Shown piece by piece: positions 13,201-24,494 of a DNA stretch of 64,000 nt. Position 1 is the stretch's first letter; each line of letters starts with the position of its first letter. Source of the stretch: Chrysomallon squamiferum (lineage: Eukaryota > Animalia > Mollusca); contig CM022672.1 of NCBI GenBank assembly GCA_012295275.1, positions 3,410,001-3,474,000 of the forward strand, written 5' to 3'. The position numbers were made by a program, and so were the translations under genes. Under the pieces are notes generated by a model. That model did no database searches, was not told where the DNA came from, and saw nothing but the letters and a program-made list of their open reading frames with translations.

Positions 13201-15107
13201 AACAGAGAGAACAGAAACAATGGACAGACTGCAGTAAGGGGTGAAAAACAAATTACCATAAACAAATAATAAACAAACAGCAACGTTGCTGTTGATCAGT
13301 ATGAAAAACCTATTATGTGATCATTTCCTCGACCATTCACTGTAAATGTATTCCCAAAAGGTACACACACATTCATGACCAAGGTTTCTGCTAGAATTAT
13401 ATGATCAATATCACAGCTTACCGGTTAGCAAAGTAGAACTTGAACACAGTGATAGAACTATTTATATATCTTATTTAATGGAATGTCACTTAAAGATGAA
13501 TGGATAGCAAGAAATCAAACTACTTTTCTTTTTTTCTTAAATATGAGAACATTTTCAAGTTTATACTCAAGAGTGGATTTATATTTTTTAACATTTCATC
13601 ATGATGTTAATTATAATATATTTTTTTAGACAGAACTTGAGATTTGATGTCAAAAATTATTTACAGTTAATCAATATAAATATAAACATGTTTGCACACA
13701 CACATGCGCATGTGCATACACACATACACACAAACCTTGAAGAAATTCTTGTAGCATAAAATCAAGTTTTGCATCATCATCAACAAAGAGTGGCCTGTGG
13801 TCATAAAACTTGCAGACTGATATGAGTGGTGTGTTATCATCAGGGTCAAGCAGGGCAAGGTCCTTTGTGTTGAGCAGGTTAACAATTCGGCTCTTATCTC
13901 CATCGTACACTGGAATACGTGTGTAGCCATGTTCCATGATCTCCGACATGGTTTCGAAGTCGAGGTTTGTGTTGATGTCTAACATGTACACATCCTCGAT
14001 ATTTGTCATGATATCAACACACGCTTTGTTTGCCAGCTGAAGTGCACCCGTTATTATGTTCGCCTCCTCATTTTGAAGGACATTAATGTCCGCTGTCATA
14101 CGGATGAGTTCCTGAAGTTTTTCCTTGTTATAGACTTGGCCAATTTCTTCTCCGAGAATCTTGTCCAGCAGCAGGCTGATGGGAAATGAAATGGGAAACG
14201 TAATAACCATAAACAGCTTAGTCAACCATATTGTCCTTGCTCCAACAGCCAGTCCATGACGTGAACAAATTGCCTGTGGAACAATTTCTCCAAAGATCAC
14301 AATTGCTGTTGTCGAGCACAAAACAGCGATGATGCCGTTTGATAAGTCGTCCAACAGAATAGTAAGTGTGTTGTTTACCAAAACATTTCCCAGAAGTAAA
14401 GTGCAAAGTAAGAAATTTCCTCGTTTGCGAAGGGGTCCAATTACTGTTGCATACTTTTTTTCTTTAGGTGATCCACACTTTTCAATAATTTTCAGTTCTG
14501 TCTGATCAAGTGCCATTAAACCTAAATTTAGACCACTGAAAAGTCCAGAGAGACACAACAAAACAATTAACAAACCAAGTTGTACAGCTAACGGAAGTAA
14601 ATATGATTTACCAACAACTTTGGATTTTACACCTAGTATTTTCCATGGTTCATCACCTTGATGCGTCCACCGTGTATGATATACACCGTCAACTTTAGCA
14701 ATGAAATATTCCTTCATACACACATAATAATATTTTTCTCCAGGATCTAAGTCGTCTAATTCAACTTCAAATTCACCAACATTATCATAAATTATGGGAC
14801 CTGACACAGTAAATGTCCTGCTTTTCTTTAAGTTATCACAATCACTCGATTTCCTGTCTGATTTCCGAACTGTTGCAGTAGTGAAAGCTATTTCTGTTAA
14901 ATTTGTGAAGTTTGTTCCTAAAAGCCGTATTTTTTGTTTTGTGTACGATGTTAACACCAATACTCCCATCTCATCTCGGTTGCTAGATAATTCGGCAGAC
15001 AGAATAGCATCAACCTGGGCTGCCTGAACATTAGACGCGTAGACTAAAACAGTTTTCATACTGATAAATAGCAGAGCTAATTGTAAACATCCACTACAAT
15101 CGGCCAT
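5551..15107 (-). CDS. CNNM2: CNNM/ACDP-family Mg2+ transporter (CNNM2/CNNM4/unextended-like), 828 aa; join complement(13736..15107,9937..10080,9310..9438,8383..8544,8014..8097,5551..6146)
   Basis: The model encodes a signal peptide, an ectodomain, the DUF21 TM domain ([47 protein letters not shown]), a CBS pair ([27 protein letters not shown]) and a cyclic-nucleotide-binding-homology domain ([24 protein letters not shown]). All introns are phase 1 and the exons sum to 2487 nt. Likely an ortholog of the whole vertebrate CNNM1-4 group, so the symbol is approximate. Confidence 0.95.
7707..7802. repeat. ~47-bp imperfect tandem duplication
   Basis: gactaacaccgatttatctgatactaactaaaataatctattca is followed by gactaacacagatttatcaggtaccaactaaaaataataactctattca. 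Confidence 0.75.
8014..8097 (-). CDS. CNNM2: CNNM exon 5 (CNBH domain)
   Basis: tttctcag|GACAA...AAAA|GTAGGA; encodes [28 protein letters not shown]. Confidence 0.9.
8383..8544 (-). CDS. CNNM2: CNNM exon 4 (CNBH domain)
   Basis: tttttag|CTGTT...CAAG|GTATGG; encodes [21 protein letters not shown]...[17 protein letters not shown]. Confidence 0.93.
8798..9125 (-). mobile_element. Decayed tRNA-derived SINE copy
   Basis: tagcagcaagg...cttcccatagacgg is shared with 36165-36210. The overall layout (aaagaaatgtt...acatttt...cagttacatgg...gcagcaagg...cccatagac...gatcc) matches my recollection of an abundant gastropod SINE; not verified by search. Confidence 0.5.
9310..9438 (-). CDS. CNNM2: CNNM exon 3 (apparent GC donor)
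   Basis: ttttcag|CTGAC; encodes [43 protein letters not shown], matching the family motifs TDNR and KISPQL; donor ACAG|GCATAC. Confidence 0.88.
9937..10080 (-). CDS. CNNM2: CNNM exon 2 (CBS2 with PRL-binding loop)
   Basis: ttttcacag|GAAAC...CTCA|GTAAGA; encodes [48 protein letters not shown]. Confidence 0.95.
13736..15107 (-). CDS. CNNM2: CNNM coding exon 1 (signal peptide, ectodomain, DUF21, CBS1)
   Basis: Lies in ORF 13671..15212. Preferred start is aatATGG at 15107 ([17 protein letters not shown], signal-peptide-like); an in-frame ATG also exists at 15182. Donor CAAG|GTTTGT. Confidence 0.93.
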
Positions 15108-15109
15108 AT

Positions 15110-15460
15110 TTTGAGGGCACTGCTTAACCCGGAAGTATAAATTTCCGTAAGCCCCGCCTACTTTATTAATCAATGTCGTCATTTTCCCCGTAAAACGTCT
15201 GCGGAAATACACGAACCTGTATCCAACAACAAAATTAATGCAAGATATTCACATGTGTTCTCATATTGTAGATGCGTTCCTAGCAACGTATCTTCAGATA
15301 TAATGCAATATAAAGAAATCTTTAACAATACCAAGTTACAAAAGAGCACGGCATTTGATAGAGTCAAATAATTTTGTGGACTTTTGAAATTTTGTGTAAT
15401 AACACAAATCAGTTCACAATGCATTGTTAAAATAACAGGAATATGAAACGGGATAATTCA
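15110..15460 (-). promoter_or_regulatory. Probable CNNM promoter/5' region
   Basis: CpGs are locally retained in otherwise CpG-poor DNA; an ETS-type CCGGAAGT (15129-15136) and a GC-box-like gccccgcc (15151-15158) lie just upstream of the ATG. Confidence 0.45.
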
Positions 15461-15577
15461 GACAAAATTTTAAATAGAAATCTTCATTGCTCATTATCAT
15501 ATCTTATCTTACCAAATTTTCTTAATAATTTAGAGTATGTTTAGGTTAGGTCTTCCATTTTATTTTCATTTTAATTT

Positions 15578-15578
<1 letters not shown>

Positions 15579-15675
<97 letters not shown>

Positions 15676-15688
15676 CAACAACAACAAC
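15579..15688. repeat. (AAT)n followed by (AAC)n microsatellite
   Basis: About 30 perfect AAT units followed by AAC units. Confidence 0.97.
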
Positions 15689-18600
15689 AAAAAAAATAAT
15701 AATAATAAAAATCATCATCTTCATTATTATTACTATTTTAAATCAATTTATTGTTATTACTTTATTATTGTTTACTTATTTGATTTGATTTTTCACTATC
15801 TTTTTATTTTTGTTTTTTAATTTAATTTTATTATCATTTTGTTATTATTTTATTATTACTTTTTTCTTCTTCTTCTTCATTTAGTACTGGAGTGTGTAGC
15901 AAGATGAATTCTTTTATTGCATTCTGAGTAAATGACTGAATGAGTTACTATAGAGTTAATGTCCCAGAAGGAATCTTTAACCTCTTTATGATAAATTACC
16001 AACCAATGTGACCAAATATAAAAAATAATTAAGAAAAATACTTTTAAATTTATTTGCAATATAATGTATATGCTGTACAAAATGACATACAAATGTAAAG
16101 AATAAATTATACAAAAAAGAAAAATTGTTTTGAAATACTGAGACATAAAATAGAAGTTGTTGTACAGAGAATATTAAGGATATGCAGAATATTACATGAG
16201 CAATAAATAGTATTACATATGTGTTAGATTTATAACATAGAGCTATCAAAAACAAATCTTACAGAGAGAGAGAAGAGAGAAAGTAAAAGAAGAATGAAAG
16301 ACATTAACAATAATATATATATTATATAAATGGAAAAGCATTTAAATATCCTATTCTCACTAAAATGCATATATCAGTACATTATATGGTAACATATATT
16401 AATAATATGTATTAAAGAGATTATATTATATACATTAAATGAGTCTTCAGTTTTAAATGCAGAGCTAGGGGCATTACAAGTTTTGAGAAAGACATCCATT
16501 TAAATTTTATTCAACTGAAATAATCCTCATTTAAATGAAAAATTTAATTTAAAGCTTTTGGTCATTAATTTCCCTATATCACAGAATAATGTCAATTCAA
16601 AACTTAGACACACACACAGATACTGACTGTAATATCTTTGAGCTCTAACCTTAAAAAGTCAACAAGGTTTATTTGTAAGTATATCACTGAACAAAAATGT
16701 AAATTAAATAAATATTTCCTATTTCAAAAAAAAAAAAATGTTGGCCTGTAGTCATAATTTATTATTCTTGATTATACAGAAAAACAGTTGTCTCAAAATG
16801 TATAAATTCTATCATCATATTGGTTTTAATAACTTTTGTCACTAAATTTTAGAAGTTTATATTATTATTATTTTTTTTTTTTTTTTTTTTTTATAAAAGT
16901 ATATATATGTTATCAATAATTATTAATTTATTTTTATTATTATAACAATAAAATATATCACATAGTTTGTTTAGATTTTTGGTCAGTAATGTTTGTATAA
17001 TTGTATAAATGATTGTATAAATAGCTATTAGATTATAACTCAGTTGTTGAAATGCTTAAAAATTTAATCAAAAAATAAAATAATAAAAATTGTTATGTAA
17101 AGAACCCACAAAACATTTTGTCAAACTGACTTTCAAAGGACAGTTTGTTTTTAAAATAAAAAAATAATAAAATGAACTTGATTTAAAGATCCAAAGGGTA
17201 TTCAAACTGATCAGTAGAAATACAGAGGGGCATCTGAAGTTATACCGGCACCATCTCACATATTTGAGATCTTCAAAATATAAAGGTGGATGTGTTAAAT
17301 AATAAATCAAATAAAATGGGATCAAATTGTTGAGATTCTGATTATTAATTCTTAATGTTATGAGATCGAATTGTGAAAACAAAAATTGGCAAAGGAAATT
17401 TCCACAATTGTGTGCATGGGCACCAATATTAAAATGCCCAGGTCACTACAAACCATATGGCCAACCCTAGAAACAAAATTAGTTTTTATTGCTTCATTTC
17501 TTTCTATATTATATATGATAATACTAATTTAAGGTAATATTCAAAATGTTGTTATTAAAGTGAAATAAATCCCAGAGTATCATATTAATATAATAATCAG
17601 TTGAGGTAATGAGCAAATAAATCACTAATATTAGAAATGCAAGGATCAAAATTATACATCAATCACAAGACACAAATGATACTTAAATATTGCATAACAT
17701 TACAAAATGTTTTTTAAAATCAAGATTAAAGATATTCCAATCAAAAGAATATTTAATATCTTGGAAAATAATTTGAGTAATTGTGGTATGCTTGTACTTG
17801 TATGGGTATACTTATCAAAATTCTAAAATTCTAATGACAATATAAATAAAAGAAAATACCAAACTTTTGCAGAATTTAGACCTTACTTCCCTTTGTTCTC
17901 AGTTCTACAATTGCTAAGGATATATATGACATATAAAGTTTTTAATTTGCCTGCCTATCTGAAATATTATAAATTATAAAACACTGATTATACAATAAAA
18001 AATAAAGGTTATTATTAGAACTAGAAAATGCAAAGTGAAAACATATTAAATATATATATCATTTTTCAAGCCACATTATCAAATATAACTATGGAATTAA
18101 AAGAGGTAAAGAAAATTAACATGAAAAATACTAAAGTTATAAAATAGTGAACATATTGGTAAGGATATAATATGAAATATAATTATTTTAATATTTTTAT
18201 AATTGTCCATTGTTATGAGCATAAAGTGTATTCTCCAATACAAAGCAGATCAACTTCATTTTAAATGAAAGAAAAACCTTTGTCTTTAATACAGAGGCTC
18301 TTAACGTATATTAATTTAGAAATACAGTGGCAGTTTAACTGGATCTCGAGAAATAGCAATATATTTATAAAATGTCTCCAAACACTATTTTCATACTAAT
18401 ATTTGTCAGATATAATATGGTAACCAGTCTCTTCAGAAGCCCAAGTATGTTCTCCAACAAAGGATACTCAGACTATCTGCTCAAAAGAATATAAATATAC
18501 AAATAAATAACAATACTCCTAGAATAATAATAACATACATAATTTTCTTTTTTTTATGAAATCATTAATTCCAATTTTAAAACTGAAAAAGAATAAAGAT

Positions 18601-18701
18601 AATTATGAGCAAGTCTGGCATTCATAAACATAACATTACTATCTCAGTACAGGATGACATTGGTCGTGACATTTATGAGTGGAAAATAAGAGAAGCAGAC
18701 A

Positions 18702-18798
18702 TCAGACTGAGATTCTTGGCTCGCTGATACTTGTCTTTGATGAATATGGTGGAGGTGGATCAGAAGGCATTTCACCTGAAGATGGAGTAATTTCAACA
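18702..18798 (-). CDS. WBP1L: WBP1L-like terminal exon 5
   Basis: cttttcag|TGTTG, phase 2; encodes VEITPSSGEMPSDPPPPYSSKTSISEPRISV*. Confidence 0.88.
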
Positions 18799-21700
18799 CT
18801 GAAAAGTAATAAATTAAAAAAAAATGTATATTTCTTCAAGGAAACTGTGATATGATCATCAACAAATTTGCATAACAGGACATATTCACTATCCAAACTC
18901 TTGCCATATTCATTCACCACTCTACTGACATACATACATGCTCTCTGCTCTCACATATACATGTATGCAAGAAAGAGAGAGAGAGATGAAATCTAGCAAT
19001 TTATCAAAGTGTTATAGGAAAAGAAATAAATGATTGTATTCATTATTTATCTAGACATTGCATTATTATTCGAAGGGCCATAACTCTTTGCACAAAATAA
19101 AATCAGATAATTGCAAGTTTATAATATATTATGATAATGTCAATACGAAATGTACATGAAATTAAAATTTAAATAGCAATTAATGTTTATTAAATATATA
19201 AAATAAATAAATTATTAAAATACCAAAATGTGGACTAGTAAAAATAATTATATACATTTGACTTGAAAGAACTGAAGATGGTATCAGTGGAGGTAAGCAA
19301 TTTGTAGATGGTGCAGCACTGCTGGTAGTACTTTCTTGAAGGCACATTTCACTTGGTGGATCATACGGTGGTGGTACTGGACAGTTAATACTACTTTCTG
19401 GAAGACAGATTTCATTCAGTTGGTCATAGGGAGGAGGGTTTTCTGGACGTCCCTTGATCTCATCATATGTTGGAAGACCTCTGTCTGTTAAAAACATAAT
19501 TTAGTACATCATTAGTAAACTGAAATATTACTAACATTACTAAGATTAAAAACAGCTTTTCTAAATTAATTTTATCATTTAAACTCTGTCCATGAAAATA
19601 TAATCATTTTATTTTTGGTTGGGTTTTTTTGTCATATTTTTGATAGATTTAACTCAGCATAAGTAGTTCAGTTTATCTGTCATAATGACTTCCTTGTATG
19701 CAAACTGTTATCTGAAAGTACTAAATAAGTAAATCTGAATTTCAGCATTACACATCTGCCTTTAATAAAATGATTTAAAAAAAAAAAAAAAAAAATAAAG
19801 CAACTATAAGGGCCCACAGATGAAGACATTACTGACTGAACAGAGAGGACATAATTGTAAATATAATGCACATGTTTTATAGGAACGAAACGTCTGTTAT
19901 TACCTGATTATTCTAAATATTAAATATTATGTAAAATAACTCACCAGTATTAAAAAGAGCTGGGAAAGTGGTATCTAAAGCTTGTGCAAATCTTGATCTG
20001 CATCTTGCAGGAGGTAATCGCAGACGTTGGCGATGGTGTGATCTGTGATGCTGCCGAACTCTCTGTTGTTGAAAGAGACAACAACAACTAAGAAGGATAA
20101 CTCCTGCCCAAATGGCCCAGAACCCTGTTTTAAATGAAATTTTATTTTTATTTTTTCTAAAGTATTAAATTATGTTGGATTAAAAAAGATAACTCTTCAT
20201 ACACAGTGATGATAAATCAGACTAATGATAAAAATAATTTTTAAAAATTTTTACGGTGTAGAAGGATTTGTTTAAAAAAAAAAAAAAAATGGAAATAAAT
20301 TACAAATTATAATTTCTTTTTATTTAATATTATTTTAAAATCTTAATATAATAATAATTTTAAAAATCCACTTTATTTTACACCTATATTTGTGCCTATT
20401 TTATATATCTTTTAAACACAAGCTTATCACTTCCCAGAACAATCAGCAATGAGAGACAGATTGTCAAGTAGATTTTAAAACTTTTGTATTCAGTAGTTTA
20501 CATAGCCAGGAGATGAAAATGCTTAAACAGTAAAACTGCTGTGGCATTTTTCCATGATTTTTTTTTTTTCTGGCCATAATTATTTTATCATTTTCAAGGA
20601 TTGCAAAGATTTATTTTAAAAAGTAGTTTCTTACATCAGACTTCACAGTAATAGTTTTCAAAGTATTTACTTACACCAGATTTCATAGTAATAGTTTAAA
20701 AAGTATTTTCTTACATCTGAGTTCATAGTAATAGTTTAAAAGGTAAATTTCTTACACCAGAGTTCGTAGTAATATTTTAAAAAGTATTTACTTACACCAG
20801 AGTTCATAGTAATAGTTTAAAAAGTATTTACTTACACCAGAGTTCATAGTAATAGTTTAAAAAGTATTTTCTTACACCAGAGTTCATAGTAATAGTTTTA
20901 AAAGTTTTTACTTACACCAGAGTTCATAGTAATAGTTTTAAAAGTATTTTCTTACACCAGAGTTCACAGTAATAGTTTTGAAAAGTATTTACTTACACCA
21001 GAGTTCATAGTAATAGTTTTAAAAGTATTTACTTACACCAGAGTTCACAGTAATAGTTTTAAAAGTATTTACTTACACCAGAGTTCATAGTAATAGTTTG
21101 AAAAGTATTTACTTACACCAGAGTTCATAGTAATATGAGCAGCATCGGCCACCTTTACAACAGTGTCCAGTGTTACACCAAAACGAAGTTCCACTACAGT
21201 ACCCCTGAGCCTGAAACAGATTATAAACAATTTATTATTTCTATGTTTATTTGCATATGTTTATGTCAAAACAGCAAAACCCTTCAAAACCAAACAGTGT
21301 CAGAACTATTTAAAAAGCCCAGTGCTCTGTTTACATTATTATCTGATAAATCACAGGACTCTGGAATTTATTCAGTTTCTGGAGAATTCTGGTTTAATAA
21401 AAGTCCAGTTTTGAGAAGTTTTACTGTACAGATTTCAAAAAAAGAATTATTATAAAGGAATGTTTCCTATCTTAGCTATAAAATGGCCTGTTTGGGGAGG
21501 GCAGGAATTTTGTTGTTGCCATTCATATTTTTAGAGTTATTACAGTAGTTATTAGTTATCTGAAACTGACAGAAAGTAATTATCTCTCTCCAGTAACACA
21601 ATTAAATAATTCCAAGTCATGTATAATTTACATAATTGGTTATTCTGGGATAATTGGCCATATCAAACACTGATGTAAAAATATAACATTATGTTCAGTT

Positions 21701-23761
21701 ACAAAACAAAAGACCAAAATTAAAAGATATTACCCAAATACAAAAATATATAAAAACAATTTTCATATGTTATTTTTCAAGAAATAATTATAACTGTTAT
21801 TATTCATCCCATAAAAAAATAAATTAAAATAAATTAAATTAATTAAATTAAAAAATAATATCAAAAGTATATTATATTAATGATAAAAAAAAATTGTGAC
21901 TTAATTTAGCTAAGATTAAAAAAAAAAAAAGTAACTGCATGAAAATTCTGATTCTGTGATAGTAAAAGTAATTCCTATTCTAAATGAGTGCAGGTGAAAG
22001 AAAAAGTAAGATCTGAAAGAAAAAGTAAGATCTGAAAGAATCTAGGACAGGACTGGTTTGGGCTGACGTGAAATATCACTTCAAATTTTAAAATTTAATT
22101 AAATTAAATATTATTTAATGCATAGGCATGTATCTTCAGTCTTAATAACAAATCTTTTATTAGTCTTCAGAATTGTTAAAATATTTCTCTTTGTTTTCTG
22201 ATGTTCTTACCTATATATTACACTAAGGTTTGTCAGGCATGTGTACACACGTTATGACCTATGACCGTTTAGTGAGGCTTAAGATTAGTATTATATTCAC
22301 CCTCCATAGCAAGGTACAAACATTGTGTGCGAACACCAGATTGCTTAAATGTGGACCAAAATATAAACAAAAAATATCTAAATATAGACTAAAATTACAA
22401 TATTTACAAGATACAAACAGACACATTGCTTAATTTTATTATTATTATTATTATTATTAAATTATTAACTAGAATTTTAAATTTCTACCAAATGAATCAA
22501 AATAATTAATTAACTATGCAAATTAATAAATACAAAAATAAAATGCAAAAGAACAAAAGGAAACAAAAGATATTTATACATTTTTTCACTACCTCTTTAT
22601 GGAGATATCCAGGTTTTTACATTTGTGGACCGAAGTTTAGTTGTACAGCCTCAATGAATAATATATAATTATTGTTACACCTTGTGAGTTTTACATCAAC
22701 TCATGTTGCCAATACAATGAATCAGAGTTATTGACCTTGATACAGCGTAAACAAGAACCTCTTAAAAGTACAAAACAATATTGTACACTTTCACTATGCC
22801 TGCAGACAAATTCTTTATTTATTTTTATATATTTATTCATTTTTATTTATTAATTAATTAATTAATTTATTTATTTATTTATGTATATATATATATATAT
22901 GTTTGGTTTAAATCTAGTTTATCTCTTTAAAAGAAATTTTTTTAATTTTTCTTCTACTCTGGTTTTTTGTATACTTTATGAATAATATGTTTGCTGGGCG
23001 TGTTTGTGTATAGAAAGACCAATTCTGAGACTGAAGTAGTAAAAAAGGAACACTTACACAAACAAATACTAAATTCACTTATATATATACATACACATGC
23101 ACACATATATATACACATATATACATATATACATCTGATCTATACAAATGTACGTATATATCTACAGACCTACATATACACAAGAACACATACTTGCCTG
23201 CTTACATATACATGAACACACTGTATGTAATAGTACATTAATAAGTACATGCACAATCACACACACATACACAGACACAGGTACACTTCCATACATATGC
23301 AAAGAGGCTACATATAATCATAATAATGATACACAAATCCATATCCATCAATCCAACCTTAGCTAGAATGAAATTACATAGGTGATTACCATTAAATTAT
23401 TTTTGAAAACCATGCATATATTAGGATTCGGTAAACAATGATTCTGAACAATAAACAAATAACATCAAATACTAGATATTCAGAGACATACATTAAAGTG
23501 TTCCGAGATACTAATTGCTTCAGTTATGCGCTGCTACGAAGGGTATGAATTTACGAGGGGAAACCCGGCTGCAGCTGTTTTGAGGAAACCATTATTTCTA
23601 GCGTTGTTAAAATGTTGAACTTGTTATTATTGAGATGCAGACATGATTAAATATGGTTAGTTACATCAAATGCACAAGAAAAATAATCGAATGTTTACCT
23701 TAACAAAAGAAAACTGAGTTAGAAACGTGGCCAACACCGATAACCAGGCACACAGTTCCAT
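18702..23761 (-). CDS. WBP1L: WW domain-binding protein 1-like (WBP1/WBP1L family) single-pass membrane adaptor, 220 aa; join complement(23699..23761,21117..21210,19945..20124,19256..19484,18702..18798)
   Basis: Signal peptide [22 protein letters not shown]; Cys-rich ectodomain [26 protein letters not shown] carrying the family signature CC.[9 protein letters not shown]; TM helix followed by a CCC palmitoylation cluster; cytoplasmic LPTY and three PPPY motifs. Intron phases 0,1,1,2 are consistent; total 663 nt. Confidence 0.92.
19256..19484 (-). CDS. WBP1L: WBP1L-like exon 4 (PY motifs)
   Basis: ttttaacag|ACAGA...AAAT|GTATAT; contains LPTY and two PPPY motifs; within ORF 19180..19497. Confidence 0.9.
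19945..20124 (-). CDS. WBP1L: WBP1L-like exon 3 (TM helix, CCC)
   Basis: aaacag|GGTTC...ACTG|GTGAGT; encodes WFWAIWAGVILLSCCCLFQQQRVRQHHR... Confidence 0.92.
20615..21135. repeat. 40-41 bp minisatellite, 13 copies, spanning the WBP1L-like exon 2/intron 2 junction
   Basis: Unit on + is AAAAGTATTT(A/T)CTTACACCAGAGTTCATAGTAATAGTTT(T/A/G). CTTAC cores lie at 20630, 20670, 20710, 20751, 20791, 20831, 20871, 20911, 20951, 20992, 21032, 21072 and 21112. Confidence 0.97.
21117..21210 (-). CDS. WBP1L: WBP1L-like exon 2 (Cys-rich ectodomain)
   Basis: tgtttcag|GCTCAG...TGGT|GTAAGT; encodes [31 protein letters not shown]. Confidence 0.93.
21996..22040. repeat. Short (19-20 bp) perfect tandem duplication
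   Basis: gaaagaaaaagtaagatct occurs twice plus a partial third copy. Confidence 0.85.
23699..23761 (-). CDS. WBP1L: WBP1L-like exon 1 (signal peptide)
   Basis: cccATGG start; 21 hydrophobic codons; donor AAG|GTAAAC, phase 0. Confidence 0.8.
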
Positions 23762-24440
23762 GGGCAATGTTTTCGATGCGAATATCCTGTTCTATAAATA
23801 GAACGCGTGTTCTATTTTAAGACTTGACATAGTTTATTCGCGGGACGCTTATTCAAATTAAACTCATGATTATTTATTTATTTGTTGTTGTTGTTGTTGT
23901 TGTGTTGTTCTTTGTATGTGTAGTGTTTATTTGTAACATGTTTTTATTATAAGATATCCGTGTGGAAAACTGTTCCTCAAAAATTATATGTAGTATTACT
24001 TAATTGTTTGAAAAACTAAGTGCTAGTTTGATAATATACGAATATTTTATATACGAAGTTTTCAACTAATTTAGTAATTATACCTACATTTCATAATAAT
24101 AATAATAATAAGCTAGTACATATAAACAACAATATCATTTTATGACTACAATTTTTCTTCATTAATTAGTACCAGAAAAGTATTATAAAATCGACTAATC
24201 AATAAAATGTATAATTCTTTAGTTCTTTTCATTTTTTAATTATAATTTAATGTTGATTTATTTTTTAAATACTGTTACAAGTAATCTACTACTACTACTA
24301 CTCACTTTCGTAGCTAGATGGGGAGCTAAGGATTGAACCCTTTCCATTAACACATTCTTAAAAACTGGCGCCTTTTCAACATTATTTAAGCTTTAGTTCA
24401 TTTACACGATAAAAGGTAAGTTTTATTATTTCTTCTTATT

Positions 24441-24444
24441 ATTT

Positions 24445-24475
<31 letters not shown>

Positions 24476-24494
24476 TTATTATTATTATTATTAT
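24441..24494. repeat. (TTC)n(TTA)n compound microsatellite
   Basis: Visible directly in the sequence. Confidence 0.9.

Noticed and set aside
12918-13283. Cys/Val- and His/Thr-rich ORFs (also 22991-23366, 29562-29797, 38651-38839, 40807-41031, 50791-51063)
   Set aside because: These are translations of CA/GT-rich simple repeats in introns or UTRs.
15108-15212. N-terminal extension of CNNM from GTG 15212 or ATG 15182
   Set aside because: ATG 15107 has good context and directly precedes a signal-peptide-like segment, and the extension overlaps promoter-like motifs. Not fully excluded.
15537-15788. Poly-Ile ORF
   Set aside because: It is a translation of the (AAT)n microsatellite.
20615-21135. 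CRISPR array interpretation of the 40-bp repeats
   Set aside because: The units are head-to-tail with no unique spacers, there are no cas genes, the context is a eukaryotic intron, and the unit derives from the host exon-intron junction.
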